From Candidatus Didemnitutus sp. (GTDB lineage Bacteria; Verrucomicrobiota; Verrucomicrobiia; Opitutales; Opitutaceae), in the NCBI GenBank assembly GCA_023701285.1, contig JAMPXH010000005.1, forward strand, positions 2,240 through 66,239: DNA of 64,000 bases. Direction: 5' to 3'. A program made the translations under genes and the position numbers. Of the stretch, positions 8,253-18,651 are shown piece by piece. Positions within the stretch are counted from its first letter, which is position 1. Every line of letters starts with the position of its first letter. The notes under the pieces were generated by a model, which saw only the letters and a list, made by a program, of their open reading frames with translations, did no database searches and was not told the origin of the DNA.

Positions 8253-9728
8253 TCACTTCGGCAGCGCGACCTCGATGTTGAGCTTCTCGAGCGTGACGCC
8301 GAGTTGCCGGTCGTATTCCGCGACGGCGCGACGGTAGTCGGACTCGGCGCGGAGTTCCGCGACCTCGAGGGCGGCGAGGATTTCCTGCTGCTGGACGACG
8401 AAGAACGTGCTGCCCGTGCCGGCGCGGAGGCGCTTCTGCTCGGCGTCGAGCGCCTGCTGGCCGAGCTCGCGGGCGATGCGCGCGGCTTCGACACGCTTCC
8501 GCGTGGTCTCGATGTTGGCGGCGGCGTTGCCCACGGCGACGACGATGGATTGCTCCAGCTGCTGGAGATCGACCTCGGCCTGGCGGAGCTGATTCTTCGC
8601 GACGCGGTAGCGGCCGCGCTCGGAGGTGAAGGTGAGCGGCACGGTGACCTGCACGCCGTAGCTGTAGGAGCGGTAATCCTCGTTGCGCACCATGCGGCGG
8701 GCGACGCGGTCGTTGCCGTCGAGGCCGCTGTAGCCGTAGCTGCCGACGAGGTCGACGCGCGGGAGGATCTGGTTGCGCTGGTAGCGGAAGTTGATGTCGC
8801 TGCGCTTCACGCCGAGCTGCGCCTGTTGGTAGTCGGGGCGCTTCTGCAGGGCCTCCTTGAAGTCCAGCGCGGCGTCGGCGACGGTGACGGGCAGCGTGGT
8901 CATGGGCTCGATGTCGAGATGCCAGTCGAGCAGGCGCGGCGAGCGCTCGTCGGAGATGAGGGCCTTGAGGGTGTTCTCAGCTTCGCGGACGAGGCGCTCG
9001 GCGTTGAGGATGGACTCCTCGCGGTTGGCAAGACGGGAGCGTGCGGAGGTGACGTCGAATTCGGACATGGCACCGACGCGGAAGCGTTTTTCGTTCTCGC
9101 TCAGCAGCTGGGCGGCGAGTTCACGGGAACGCAGCGCGCTGCGCAGGTTGGCGTGCGCGAAATTGAGCTCGTAGTAGGCGAAGGTGACGCGCGTGACCGT
9201 ATCGATGATCGACTGGCGGAAGGCCCACTCGGAGATCGCGCGGTTCGTCTGCGCGATGCGGATCTGCGCCGTCGTGGCGCCGAAGCCGAAGCCGCGCAGC
9301 AGCGGCTGGCGCGCGGACAGGCCCGCAAAGGTGTCGTAGCTCTCGGCGAACGCCGTGCCGCGTGACTTCGCCTGCTCGGCGCCGAGCGAGTAGGTGAGGC
9401 CCCACGGCATCGTGCCGCCGAGCGCGAGTTCGAAGCTTTCCGCCTCGGAGCGGTTCGTCGTCGGGGCAATCTCGTCCTCGCCGTAAGAATAGGTGCCGGT
9501 CAGCTGCGGGTCGAACAGGCCCAGCTCCTCGAGCACCCGGCCGCGGGCGATCGAGACTTCGAAGGCATCCGATTGGATGGTGAAATTCTTCGCGACGGCG
9601 CGGCGAATGGCCTCATCGAGCGTCAGCTTTTCGCGGGCTGCCGGCATGGCCTCCGTTTGCGCGTGCGCGCCGAGGGCGAGCAGGCCGAGGGCCGTGAAAA
9701 ATGCGAAAAGGCGCCGGAAATGCAGCAT
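8253..9728 (-). CDS. TolC-family outer membrane efflux protein
   Basis: Signal peptide, LTLDEAIRRAVAKN, repeated helical outer-membrane-efflux-protein halves and LPRVDLVGSYG. An alternative start lies at 9761. Confidence 0.88.
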   Translation of the reverse strand: MLHFRRLFAFFTALGLLALGAHAQTEAMPAAREKLTLDEAIRRAVAKNFTIQSDAFEVSIARGRVLEELGLFDPQLTGTYSYGEDEIAPTTNRSEAESFELALGGTMPWGLTYSLGAEQAKSRGTAFAESYDTFAGLSARQPLLRGFGFGATTAQIRIAQTNRAISEWAFRQSIIDTVTRVTFAYYELNFAHANLRSALRSRELAAQLLSENEKRFRVGAMSEFDVTSARSRLANREESILNAERLVREAENTLKALISDERSPRLLDWHLDIEPMTTLPVTVADAALDFKEALQKRPDYQQAQLGVKRSDINFRYQRNQILPRVDLVGSYGYSGLDGNDRVARRMVRNEDYRSYSYGVQVTVPLTFTSERGRYRVAKNQLRQAEVDLQQLEQSIVVAVGNAAANIETTRKRVEAARIARELGQQALDAEQKRLRAGTGSTFFVVQQQEILAALEVAELRAESDYRRAVAEYDRQLGVTLEKLNIEVALPK

Positions 9729-9784
9729 GGGGAAGGTGCGAGTGTGGCCGCTCATTTGCAACCGCTGTGCCAGCGCGCAGCCTT

Positions 9785-9813
9785 GTTGTAAGCCAATGCA
9801 AAATAGCGGTTAA
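9785..9813 (-). promoter_or_regulatory. Putative sigma70-type promoter of tolC
   Basis: Minus strand TTAACC - 17 nt - TACAAC in an AT-rich patch upstream of tolC. Confidence 0.4.
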
Positions 9814-9951
9814 CGTATTTCCTGGCCACGTGCCACCCAAGGGGCGCGTTCAGCAACGGGATTAAGTCTTCCCAAAAATGGGAACGCTGGCGCGGCCAAA
9901 TTGGAGGCCGGGCCAGCGTGGCAGACGCGCGTTGCGGGCGATGACGGGCGC

Positions 9952-11367
9952 TCAGTCGGCGCCGCTCTGCTCGCGCCAGCCGCCGCCGAGGGCCTTGTAG
10001 AGCGCCACTTGGTTGCTCTGCTCGGCGGTCTGGCTGCGGATGAGGGATTGCTGCGCGGCGAAGAGCGCGCGCTGTGCGTCGAGCAGGGCGAGGTAGCCGA
10101 TCTGGCCGGCGTCGTAGCGGGCCTGCGAGAGCTCGACCGTGCGCGCCGTGGCGGCGACGAGCGCGTCGAGCGCGGCACGCTGGCGCTGCAGGCTGGAGGT
10201 GAGGGCGAGCGCGTCGGAGACTTCACGGAACGCGGCCTGGATCGCCTGTTCGTAGCGGGCCAGCGCGATGTCGCGGTCGGCCTTGGCCGTGCCGAGGTTG
10301 GCGCGGAGACGGCCGCCCTGGAAGATCGGCACCGTCACCCGCGGCACGAAGCTCCAGACGCCGGTGCCGCTGTGGAACAGGTTCGAAAGGTCGTCGCTGG
10401 CCGTGCCGACGCCCGCCGTGAGCGTGATCGAAGGGAAGAATGCCGCGCGCGCGGCGCCGATGTTGGCGTTGGCCGCGCGCAGCTGGTGCTCGGCGGCGAG
10501 CACGTCGGGCCGGCGCAGCAACAGCTCGGAGCCGAGGCCGGCGGCGACGGGCAGCAGCGCGAGTTTCTCCGCCTTGAAATCGGCGGGCAGCAGGTCGGCC
10601 GGCACCGGTTGGCCGATGAGCAGAGCGAGGGCGGAGGTGTCGGCCGCGACGATGCCGGCGTAGTTGGCGGCGCTGGCGCGGGCGGATTCGACGAGGGTGC
10701 GGGCCTGGCTCACGTCGAGCGAGGAGACGGCGCCGAGCTGGTGCCGGCGCTCGATCAGGCGCAACGAGGCCTCCTGGCTGGCGAGGGTTGCTTCGGAGAG
10801 GCGCAGGAGTTCGCGGTCGGCACCGAGCGTCAGGTAGAGCTGGGCGACCTCGGCGACGAGTGTCAGGTGGACGCTGCGCTGGGTTTCCTCGCTGGCGAGG
10901 TAGCCTTGCAGCGCAGCGGCGTTGAGCTGGTGCACGCGGCCGAACAGATCGAGTTCGAAGTTCGTCGTGCCGATCTCGGCGCGATACGCGTCGGTCGTGG
11001 GCAGCGACTCGCCGCCGGAGCGCGTGAGGCTGCCGGAGGCGGCGAGCGACGGCAGGCGGTCGGCGCGTTGGATGCGGTAGAGGGAGCGTGCGCGTTCGAC
11101 ATTGAGGACGGCGACCCGCAGGTCGCGGTTCTGATCGAGCGCGAGCGTGACGAGTTGTTGCAGCGCCGGATCGCGGAAGAAATCGCGCCAGCCGAGGTCC
11201 TCCGCGGGGTTGGGAGCGGCCGCAACCGCAGGGGACGAAGCTGCGGTTTGCGGCCACTCTTTTGGCACGGAGGCGCGGGCCTCCGGCAAGGCGGGCTCGA
11301 GGGTGGAGCAGGCGCTGGTGAGCAGCGCCGCGCCGAGGGCGAGCGGGAGAAGCAGGTGACGGTTCAT
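9952..11367 (-). CDS. RND efflux outer membrane lipoprotein (OprM/NodT family)
   Basis: Lipobox [45 protein letters not shown] and LYKALGGGW. Confidence 0.93.
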   Translation of the reverse strand: MNRHLLLPLALGAALLTSACSTLEPALPEARASVPKEWPQTAASSPAVAAAPNPAEDLGWRDFFRDPALQQLVTLALDQNRDLRVAVLNVERARSLYRIQRADRLPSLAASGSLTRSGGESLPTTDAYRAEIGTTNFELDLFGRVHQLNAAALQGYLASEETQRSVHLTLVAEVAQLYLTLGADRELLRLSEATLASQEASLRLIERRHQLGAVSSLDVSQARTLVESARASAANYAGIVAADTSALALLIGQPVPADLLPADFKAEKLALLPVAAGLGSELLLRRPDVLAAEHQLRAANANIGAARAAFFPSITLTAGVGTASDDLSNLFHSGTGVWSFVPRVTVPIFQGGRLRANLGTAKADRDIALARYEQAIQAAFREVSDALALTSSLQRQRAALDALVAATARTVELSQARYDAGQIGYLALLDAQRALFAAQQSLIRSQTAEQSNQVALYKALGGGWREQSGAD

Positions 11368-14300
11368 GAGTTTTGCGAACGCTGGCCGAAGAGACGCAGG
11401 ATGATGACGAAGAACAGCGGCACGAAGAACAGGCCGAGGAAGGTGCCGACGAGCATGCCGCCGAGCACGCCGGTGCCGATGGCGCGCTGGGCGCCGGCGC
11501 CGGCGCCGCTGGCAATGGCGAGCGGCAGCACGCCGAGGCCGAAGGCGAGCGAGGTCATGAGGATCGGGCGCAAGCGGTCGCGCACGGCGGCCATGATCGC
11601 ATCCATCATGGCGACGCCCTTGGCCATGTTGTCGCGGGCGAACTCGACGATGAGGATGGCGTTCTTGCTCGTGAGGCCGACGGTGGTGAGCATCGCGACC
11701 TGGAAGTAGACGTCGCGCTCCATGCCGCGCACGAAGTTGGCGAGCACGGCGCCGAGGATGCCGAGCGGGGCGGCGAGGAGCACGGCGGTGGGGATGGTCC
11801 AGCTCTCGTAGAGGGCGGCGAGGCAGAGGAACACGATGACGAGCGACAGCGAGTAGAGCAGGGGCGTCTGGGCGCCGGCGGCGCGTTCCTGATACGAGGT
11901 GCCGGTCCAGGCGATGGTCATGCCGGCGGGCAGGGTGGAGGCGATGCGTTCGATCTCGGCCATGGCGTCGCCGGAGCTCACACCGGGGGCACCTTCGCCG
12001 TTGATGAGGAGCGAAGGCACGCCGTTGTAGCGTTCGAGGCGCGGCGAGCCGTAGGCCCAGCGCGCATTGGCGAAGGTGGAGAAGGGCACCATCTCGCCGC
12101 GCGAGTTGCGCACGGACCAGCGGTGAAGGTCCTCGGGCACCATGCGGTAGGGCGCGTCGGCCTGCACGTAGACGCGCTTCACGCGACCGCGGTCGATGAA
12201 GTCGTCGATGTAGCGGCCGCCCCAGGCGGCGCCGAGAGTGGTGTTGATCTCCGCGGGCGGGACGCCGACGGCGGCGGCCTTCTCGTTGTCGATGTCGATG
12301 CGCAGCTCCGGCGTGTCCTCGAGTCCGCCGGGGCGGACGTTGACGAGGAGTTTGCTCTGGCGGGCGGCGCCGAGGAGCTGGTTGCGCGCGGCCATCAGCG
12401 CATCGTGCCCGGCGCCGAGGGTGTCCTGCAGGTAGAAGACGAAACCGGCGGAGGTGCCGAGCTCGGTGACCGGCGGGGGCGAGAAGGTGTAGACGAAGGC
12501 GTCCTTGATCTGGCTGAAGTGCCGCATGGCGCGGCCGGCGATGGCCGTGGGCTGGAGCTCGGCCTTCTTGCGCAGGTCCCAGTCCTTCAGCCGGACGAAG
12601 GCGAGACCGGTGTTCTGGCCCGAGCCGGCGAAGCTGAATCCCTGCACGGTCATGAGTGCCTCGACCGAGTCCTTTTCGTTTTCGAGGAAGTGTTTCTCGA
12701 CTTCCTGGATGACCTTCATCGTGCGCTCCTGCGTGGCGCCGACGGGAGCCTGGATGAGGGTGAAGAGCACGCCCTGGTCCTCGGCGGGGAGGAACGCGGT
12801 GGGCAGGCGCAGGAAGAGCACGACGAGCATGACCAGCGCGGCGAGGAACGACGCGAGGTAGCGCTTGCGGCGACCGAGCATGTGGCGCACGGCGCCCTGG
12901 TAGTTGGTGTTGCCGCGGTCGAAGAGGCGGTTGAACCACGCGAAGAAGCCGCGGTCATGGTAGTGGTGGCCCTTCTCGATGGGCTTGAGCATCGTGGCGC
13001 AGAGCGCGGGCGTGAGGATGATCGCCACGAGCACCGAGAGTGCCATGGCGGCGACGATCGTGCCGGAGAACTGGCGGTAGATGACGCCGGTGGAGCCGGT
13101 CATGAACGCCATCGGCACGAAAACGGCGGAGAGCACGAGGCCGATGCCGACGAGCGCGCCGGTGATCTGGTCCATCGATTTGCGCGTGGCTTCGAGCGGG
13201 GAGAGGCCCTCCTCGGTCATGAGGCGCTCCACGTTCTCGACGACCACGATGGCATCGTCGACCAGCAGGCCGATCGCGAGCACCATGGCGAACATCGTGA
13301 GCATGTTGATGGAGAACCCGAGCACCGAGAGCACGGCGAAGGTGCCGAGCAACACCACCGGCACGGCGATGGTGGGAATCAGCGTGGCGCGGAAATTCTG
13401 CAGGAATAGATACATGACCAGGAACACGAGCACGATCGCCTCGATGAGCGTCTTCACGACTTCCTGGATGGCCACGGAGACGAACGGCGTGGTGTCGAAG
13501 GGGATGACGACCTTCAGGCCGGCGGGGAAGGACGGTTCCAGCTGCTTCATCAGGTTGCTGACGTTGCGCGTGGTCTGGAGGGCGTTGGCGCCGGTGGCCA
13601 GCGAGACGGCGACGCCGCTCGCGGGCTGGCCGTTGTAGCGGCTGACGACGCTGTAATCCTCGCCGCCGATCTCGACGCGCGCGACATCGCCGAGCCGGAG
13701 CGCCGAGCCGCCGGTGTTGCTTCGCAGCACCAGAGCGCGGAATTGTTCCGGCGTCTGCAGGCGGCCGCGCGCGCTGATGGTGGCGTTGAGCTGCTGGCCG
13801 GGCGAGGCGGGCGTGCCGCCGAGCTGGCCGACGGCCACCTGCGTGTTCTGCGCCTGGATGGCGGCGATGACTTCCGCCGTGGAGAGTTGGTAGGCGTCGA
13901 GTTTGTTCGGATCGAGCCAGATGCGCATGGCGTAGCGCGAGCCGAAGAGCTGGGTGCCACCGACGCCCGGCACGCGCGAGAGCGGGTCCATGATGTTGGT
14001 GGCGATGAAATCCGAGATGTCCTCGCGGGTCATGCTGCCGTCCTCGGAGACGAAACCGAGCACCTGCAGGAAGCCTTCGCCGGTCTTGGTGACGCTGATG
14101 CCCTGCTGCTGCACGATCTGCGGCAGCATCGGCACGGCGAGCTGGAGCTTGTTCTGCACCTGCACCTGCGCGATGTCGGAATTGGTGCCGCTGGCGAAGG
14201 TGAGCGTGATGGACGCCGCGCCATTCGAGGAACTCGTGGCGGACATGTAGAGCAGGCCGTCGAGGCCCTTCATGTTCTGCTCGATGATTTGCGTGACGGA

Positions 14301-14477
14301 TTCCTCCACCACCTGCGCGGAGGCGCCGGGATAGCTGGCGTTGATCGAGACCGTCGGCGGCGCGATGGTCGGGTAACGGGAAATGGGCAGGCGCGAGATG
14401 GACAGCGCGCCGGCGATCATGATGACGATGGCGATGACCCACGCGAAGATGGGACGATCGATGAAGAAGCGGGCCAT
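11364..14477 (-). CDS. acrB: RND efflux permease (AcrB/MexB family)
   Basis: 1037 aa, [45 protein letters not shown] and [12 protein letters not shown]. Confidence 0.96.
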   Translation of the reverse strand: MARFFIDRPIFAWVIAIVIMIAGALSISRLPISRYPTIAPPTVSINASYPGASAQVVEESVTQIIEQNMKGLDGLLYMSATSSSNGAASITLTFASGTNSDIAQVQVQNKLQLAVPMLPQIVQQQGISVTKTGEGFLQVLGFVSEDGSMTREDISDFIATNIMDPLSRVPGVGGTQLFGSRYAMRIWLDPNKLDAYQLSTAEVIAAIQAQNTQVAVGQLGGTPASPGQQLNATISARGRLQTPEQFRALVLRSNTGGSALRLGDVARVEIGGEDYSVVSRYNGQPASGVAVSLATGANALQTTRNVSNLMKQLEPSFPAGLKVVIPFDTTPFVSVAIQEVVKTLIEAIVLVFLVMYLFLQNFRATLIPTIAVPVVLLGTFAVLSVLGFSINMLTMFAMVLAIGLLVDDAIVVVENVERLMTEEGLSPLEATRKSMDQITGALVGIGLVLSAVFVPMAFMTGSTGVIYRQFSGTIVAAMALSVLVAIILTPALCATMLKPIEKGHHYHDRGFFAWFNRLFDRGNTNYQGAVRHMLGRRKRYLASFLAALVMLVVLFLRLPTAFLPAEDQGVLFTLIQAPVGATQERTMKVIQEVEKHFLENEKDSVEALMTVQGFSFAGSGQNTGLAFVRLKDWDLRKKAELQPTAIAGRAMRHFSQIKDAFVYTFSPPPVTELGTSAGFVFYLQDTLGAGHDALMAARNQLLGAARQSKLLVNVRPGGLEDTPELRIDIDNEKAAAVGVPPAEINTTLGAAWGGRYIDDFIDRGRVKRVYVQADAPYRMVPEDLHRWSVRNSRGEMVPFSTFANARWAYGSPRLERYNGVPSLLINGEGAPGVSSGDAMAEIERIASTLPAGMTIAWTGTSYQERAAGAQTPLLYSLSLVIVFLCLAALYESWTIPTAVLLAAPLGILGAVLANFVRGMERDVYFQVAMLTTVGLTSKNAILIVEFARDNMAKGVAMMDAIMAAVRDRLRPILMTSLAFGLGVLPLAIASGAGAGAQRAIGTGVLGGMLVGTFLGLFFVPLFFVIILRLFGQRSQNS

Positions 14478-14489
14478 GGTGGTGACTCC

Positions 14490-15671
14490 TTAGTGACGGG
14501 CGGGCTGGGCGCTCGCGGCGGGTGCTTCCACGACTTTCACGGGCATGCCGGGGCCGATTTTTTGGAGACCTTGGACGATGACGCGGTCGCCGGCGGCGAG
14601 GCCGCTTTCGACAAGCCACTTGTCGCCGATGGTGCGCGAGACGTGCACGGGGCGGAGCTCGACCGTGCCTTCCGGGGAGACGATCATCGCGGTGGTGTTG
14701 CCCCGGGGGTCGCGGGCGATGCCCTGTTGCGGGACCAACACCGCCTGCTCGCGCACGGCGGTGCCGATGATCGCGCGGACATACATGCCGGGCAGCAACA
14801 GATGATCGGGGTTGGGCACGGTGATGCGGAGGGCGATCACGCCCGTCGCGGGGTCGACGGCCACCTCGGTGAACTCGAGCTTGCCGGGATGGGCGTAGCG
14901 GGTGCCGTCCTCAAGCATGATGGTCACCGGCGTCTCGGTGCGGGCGAGGGTGCCGGCGTCGAGCTCGCGGCGGAGCTCCAGCCACTCGCGGCTGGATTGG
15001 GTGACGTCGACGTAGATGGGGGCGAGTTGCTGCACGGTCGCCAAGGCGCCGGCTTGGTTCGCGGTGACAAGCGCGCCCTCGGTGACGGAGGATTTGCCGA
15101 TGCGCCCGGCGATGGGCGAGGTCACGCGGGTGTAGCCGAGGGTGACTTCGGCGCGGGCGACCGCGGCTTCGGCGGCGAGAATCTCGGCTTGTGCCTGCTG
15201 ATGGGTGGCGACGGCGCTTTCGTAATCCTGACGGCTGACCGCATCGGTCTCGGCGAGGGCGGCGGCGCGGGCGGCGTTGAGGCGGGCGAGTTCCGCCGCG
15301 GCGCGGGCGCGGGCGAGCGTCGCTTTGGCGCTGCCGAGGTCGGCGCGTGGCGTGGAATCATCGATCTCGTAAAGCACCTGGCCGGCGGTGACGTTGGCGC
15401 CTTCGGTGAAGAGCCGGCGTTTCACGATGCCGCTGACTTGCGGACGGACTTCCGCGATCACGTAGGCGGCGGTGCGCCCGGGCAGCTCGCGCGTGAGGGT
15501 GACAGTCTCCGGATGCAGCGTGGCGGCGATGACCTCGGCGGCGGGAGCGGCCGCCGGGGCGGTAGCCGGCTTGCCGCAACCGGCGAGCAGCAAGCCGGCC
15601 GCGAGAAGCGCGGCGGCGGGCGGGAGCAGGAAGGAAGCGCCGCGAACGCGGCGTGAGGGCATCGAGTGCAT
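14490..15671 (-). CDS. acrA: RND periplasmic adaptor (AcrA/MexA family) lipoprotein
   Basis: Lipobox LLAGC, ELPGRT...AEVRPQVSGI, SPIAGRIGKS and LLPGMYVRA. The start could be 15671 or 15662. Confidence 0.93.
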   Translation of the reverse strand: MHSMPSRRVRGASFLLPPAAALLAAGLLLAGCGKPATAPAAAPAAEVIAATLHPETVTLTRELPGRTAAYVIAEVRPQVSGIVKRRLFTEGANVTAGQVLYEIDDSTPRADLGSAKATLARARAAAELARLNAARAAALAETDAVSRQDYESAVATHQQAQAEILAAEAAVARAEVTLGYTRVTSPIAGRIGKSSVTEGALVTANQAGALATVQQLAPIYVDVTQSSREWLELRRELDAGTLARTETPVTIMLEDGTRYAHPGKLEFTEVAVDPATGVIALRITVPNPDHLLLPGMYVRAIIGTAVREQAVLVPQQGIARDPRGNTTAMIVSPEGTVELRPVHVSRTIGDKWLVESGLAAGDRVIVQGLQKIGPGMPVKVVEAPAASAQPARH

Positions 15672-15700
15672 GGGAAGTGAAGGGCGGACGGGATGAATCA

Positions 15701-16204
15701 TCAGGAGAGGGCGGCGTCGCGCGCGGCGGCGTCGAGTTTGGTGCAGGCGTTGAGAAATTGGATGAGTTCCTCCCCTGCGAGCGGCGAGGTCAGCTGGTCG
15801 AAGCAGTCGTGGCAGGCGGTCCACCCGCGCTCGATCGTGCTGCGGCCCAGCGCGGAGAGGCGGATCCACACCACGCGCCGGTCGGTGGCGTCCCGCTCGC
15901 GCACGATGAGGCCGGAGAGTTCCAGCCGGGTGAGCGTGTGATTGAGCAGGGTGCGCGGGGTCTCGGTCTTTTCGGCCAGGACAGTGGCCGAGGCGGGCGC
16001 CGGATCGATGTGGCGCAGCGCCGCCAGCGTTTGGAATCCCTCGAGCGTCAGGCCCTGTCCGGCGAGGCGGTGGCGGAGGGCGCCGTGGATTTTCTCGCCC
16101 AGCAGGAGCAGCCGCAGGACCGCCCGGTAGCGCAGTTCATGCGGACCGCCCGGTTGAGGGGCGATCAGCTGGAGGGTTTCGCGGATGGAGGAGTGCGGAT
16201 GCAT
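15701..16204 (-). CDS. MarR-family transcriptional regulator
   Basis: Winged-helix motif LTRLELSGLIVRERDATDRRVVWIRLSALG; first gene of the efflux operon. Confidence 0.88.
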   Translation of the reverse strand: MHPHSSIRETLQLIAPQPGGPHELRYRAVLRLLLLGEKIHGALRHRLAGQGLTLEGFQTLAALRHIDPAPASATVLAEKTETPRTLLNHTLTRLELSGLIVRERDATDRRVVWIRLSALGRSTIERGWTACHDCFDQLTSPLAGEELIQFLNACTKLDAAARDAALS

Positions 16205-16279
16205 GACGGAGGCCGTCGGGAGGCTGGTGGAAACTATCACCCGCGTCCCGGCGGCGGAATGACTTTGTTGTTTGCTCTC

Positions 16280-16298
16280 TGATAACCTCCGGTTAACA
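16280..16298. promoter_or_regulatory. LysR-type T-N11-A dyad TGATAAC-N5-GTTAACA
   Basis: Near-perfect dyad between the divergent marR and lysR starts. Confidence 0.5.
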
Positions 16299-16305
16299 GT
16301 CGGGC

Positions 16306-17259
16306 GTGGAACTGAGACACCTGCGTTATTTTGCCGCCGTGGCGGACACGCTGAATTTCCGCGCGGCCGCGGAACGGCTGCATCTTTCGACGCCGGCGCT
16401 GAGCAAGCAGATCAAGAATCTGGAGGAGGAACTCGGTGTCGGCCTGCTCGAACGCACGACCACCCACGTGCGGATGACCCCGGCGGGTGCGGTGTTCCTC
16501 GGCGAGGCGCGACACATCCTCGAACAGGCGGAGCGGGCGATGCAACTGGCCCGCGCGGCGGCCAAGGGCGAGCGCGGCCGGTTGTCCGTCGGCAACATGG
16601 GCCCGCTCACCGCGAGTTTCATGGCCGCGTGCCTCACCGCGTATTGCACGCGCTACCCGGATGTGGAGGTGAACCTCATCGACCTGGACCTGCCGTCGCA
16701 GCTCCAAGCGCTGCAACGGCGCGAGATCGATGTCGGTTTCGTGCCCGCCCGGTTGGTGCCGGATCTGCCGGAGGGCTTCAACCACCTCGCCGTGCTCACG
16801 ACGCCGCTGGCGGCGGTCGTCTCCGCCCAGCATCCGCTGGCCGCCGAGCGGGTCATCAGTTTCACCCAGCTGGCGCGCGAACGTCTGCTGTGCATCAGCG
16901 GCGGCGCCACGCCGATCACGCATCGCGGCTACATCACCGAGCTCATGCGCAGCCGCGGACTGAAGCCCGCGCGCATCGTCGAGGTGCAAGGCTATGAATC
17001 CCTCCTGGCCATGGTGGCGGGCGGGCAGGGCGTCTCCATCATCGGCGGTCGCTCCGGCCTGCTCCACGTCGAGGGCATCGCCATCCGCCCGCTCAAGGAG
17101 ACCGGCGAGGACACGCTGCTGGAATTGCACGCCGTGTGGCGGCCGGACACGGGCGGGCGCATGGCAGAGAACTTCATCACCGAATTCCGCCGCGTGTCGC
17201 ACGCCCGGCAGGAAGCCGCTCCGACCGCTTCTGCCGCGCGCCGGCGCACGAAAGGCTGA
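16306..17259 (+). CDS. LysR-family transcriptional regulator
   Basis: MELRHLRYFAAVADTLNFRAAAERLHLSTPALSKQIKNLEEELG HTH followed by a substrate-binding domain. Confidence 0.95.
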   Translation: MELRHLRYFAAVADTLNFRAAAERLHLSTPALSKQIKNLEEELGVGLLERTTTHVRMTPAGAVFLGEARHILEQAERAMQLARAAAKGERGRLSVGNMGPLTASFMAACLTAYCTRYPDVEVNLIDLDLPSQLQALQRREIDVGFVPARLVPDLPEGFNHLAVLTTPLAAVVSAQHPLAAERVISFTQLARERLLCISGGATPITHRGYITELMRSRGLKPARIVEVQGYESLLAMVAGGQGVSIIGGRSGLLHVEGIAIRPLKETGEDTLLELHAVWRPDTGGRMAENFITEFRRVSHARQEAAPTASAARRRTKG

Positions 17260-17262
17260 CTG

Positions 17263-18651
17263 ATGGAGCCCTCGCATTCCGACCTTGGCCGCCGGCGCCA
17301 GCGCGAAATCTATGTCGCGGGGGTGGGCGGACGCCGTCCGGCGGTGCCGGTGGCCGCCGCTGAGTTGGAGGCCGCGGCCCGGCAGGCGATGGCGCCCGAA
17401 GCCTTCGCTTACGTGGCCGGCGGCGCCGGACGCGAGACGACGATGGAGGCCAACCGCGCGGCGTTCGATCGCTGGAAGATCGTCCCGCGCGTCCTGCGCG
17501 ATGTCGAACAGCGGGACCTGACGATCGAGCTGTTCGGCCAGTCCCTGCCGTCGCCGCTGTTGCTTGCGCCGATCGGCGTGCTGGAGATGGCGCATCGCGA
17601 TGCCGATCTCGCGGTCGCCCGGGCGGCGGTGGCTCTGCGCGTGCCGTTCATCTTTTCCAACCAGGCTTCGGTGCCGATGGAGGCTTGCGCTGCTGCGATG
17701 GGTGAGGCGCCGCGCTGGTTCCAACTCTACTGGAGCCGCTCCGACGAAGTCGTCGCGAGTTTCGCGCGCCGTGCGGAGGCCTGCGGTTGCGGCGCGATCG
17801 TGCTGACGCTCGACACGACGATGCTCGGCTGGCGTCCGCGCGACCTGGATCTGGGTTACCTGCCGTTCCTGCGCGGGCTGGGCATCGCGCAATACACCAG
17901 CGATCCGGTGTTCATGCGCGAGGTGCGCGCGCTGTGTGCGGCGGAGTCGGGTAGGGCGAGTTCTCCGAACGAGCCGGCATCCGGTTCGCAGCGAGGGACG
18001 GCTCGTTCGGAGAACTCGCCCTACCCAGGGAACTCGCCTTACCCGGAGAACTCGCCGCACCCGGAGGCTCGGCCGCCTCTTTCATGGCAGACGATCGCGG
18101 CCGCACTGGCGCAAAAGGCGAATTTTCCCGGCGGGCTGTGGCGCAACCTCGGCTCAGGCGAGCCGCGTGCGGCCGTGCAGCGGTTCGTCGGCACGTATTC
18201 GCGTCCGTCGCTGCGTTGGGAGGATGTGAAATTTCTCCGCCGGCACACGAAGCTGCCGATCTTGCTCAAGGGCGTGTTGCACCCTGACGACGCGCGTCTC
18301 GCGGCCCAACTCGGGCTCGACGGTCTCATCGTCTCGAATCACGGCGGCCGGCAGATCGATGGCGGGATCGCGGCGCTGGACGCGTTGCCCGCCATCGTCG
18401 ACGCCGTGGGCGGGCGCATGCCGGTGCTGTTCGACAGCGGTGTGCGCGGCGGCGCGGATGTGTTCAAGGCGCTCGCGCTCGGCGCGACGGCGGTGTGCTT
18501 GGGGCGCCCCTACGTTTACGGCCTCGCGCTCGCCGGCGAAGTGGGCGTGCGCGAAGTGATGTCGAACGTGCTGGCGGAATTCGACCTCACGATGGGCCTG
18601 GCGGGCTGCACGAGCATGGCAGAAGTTAAGCGCGAGGCGCTCGCCGGTTAG
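17263..18651 (+). CDS. FMN-dependent alpha-hydroxy acid oxidase (lactate 2-monooxygenase-like) with in-frame repeat insertion
   Basis: APIGV, WFQLY, LTLDT, LLKG, SNHGGRQ (catalytic His/Arg), DSGVRGG and GRPY motifs. Confidence 0.9.
   Translation: MEPSHSDLGRRRQREIYVAGVGGRRPAVPVAAAELEAAARQAMAPEAFAYVAGGAGRETTMEANRAAFDRWKIVPRVLRDVEQRDLTIELFGQSLPSPLLLAPIGVLEMAHRDADLAVARAAVALRVPFIFSNQASVPMEACAAAMGEAPRWFQLYWSRSDEVVASFARRAEACGCGAIVLTLDTTMLGWRPRDLDLGYLPFLRGLGIAQYTSDPVFMREVRALCAAESGRASSPNEPASGSQRGTARSENSPYPGNSPYPENSPHPEARPPLSWQTIAAALAQKANFPGGLWRNLGSGEPRAAVQRFVGTYSRPSLRWEDVKFLRRHTKLPILLKGVLHPDDARLAAQLGLDGLIVSNHGGRQIDGGIAALDALPAIVDAVGGRMPVLFDSGVRGGADVFKALALGATAVCLGRPYVYGLALAGEVGVREVMSNVLAEFDLTMGLAGCTSMAEVKREALAG
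17949..18062. repeat. REP-like palindrome (28-bp perfect arms, 22-bp spacer) plus two degenerate 18-bp tandem copies, inside the CDS
   Basis: GGGTAGGGCGAGTTCTCCGAACGAGCCG (17949-17976) and its exact reverse complement (17999-18026). Then AGGGAACTCGCCTTACCC and GGAGAACTCGCCGCACCC. Total 114 bp = 38 codons. Confidence 0.88.

Noticed and set aside
18009-18062. Mini-CRISPR array
   Set aside because: The three 18-bp units are contiguous without spacers, lie in a coding frame, and have no cas genes nearby. The Cas4-like domain at 46285 is part of a repair-type helicase.
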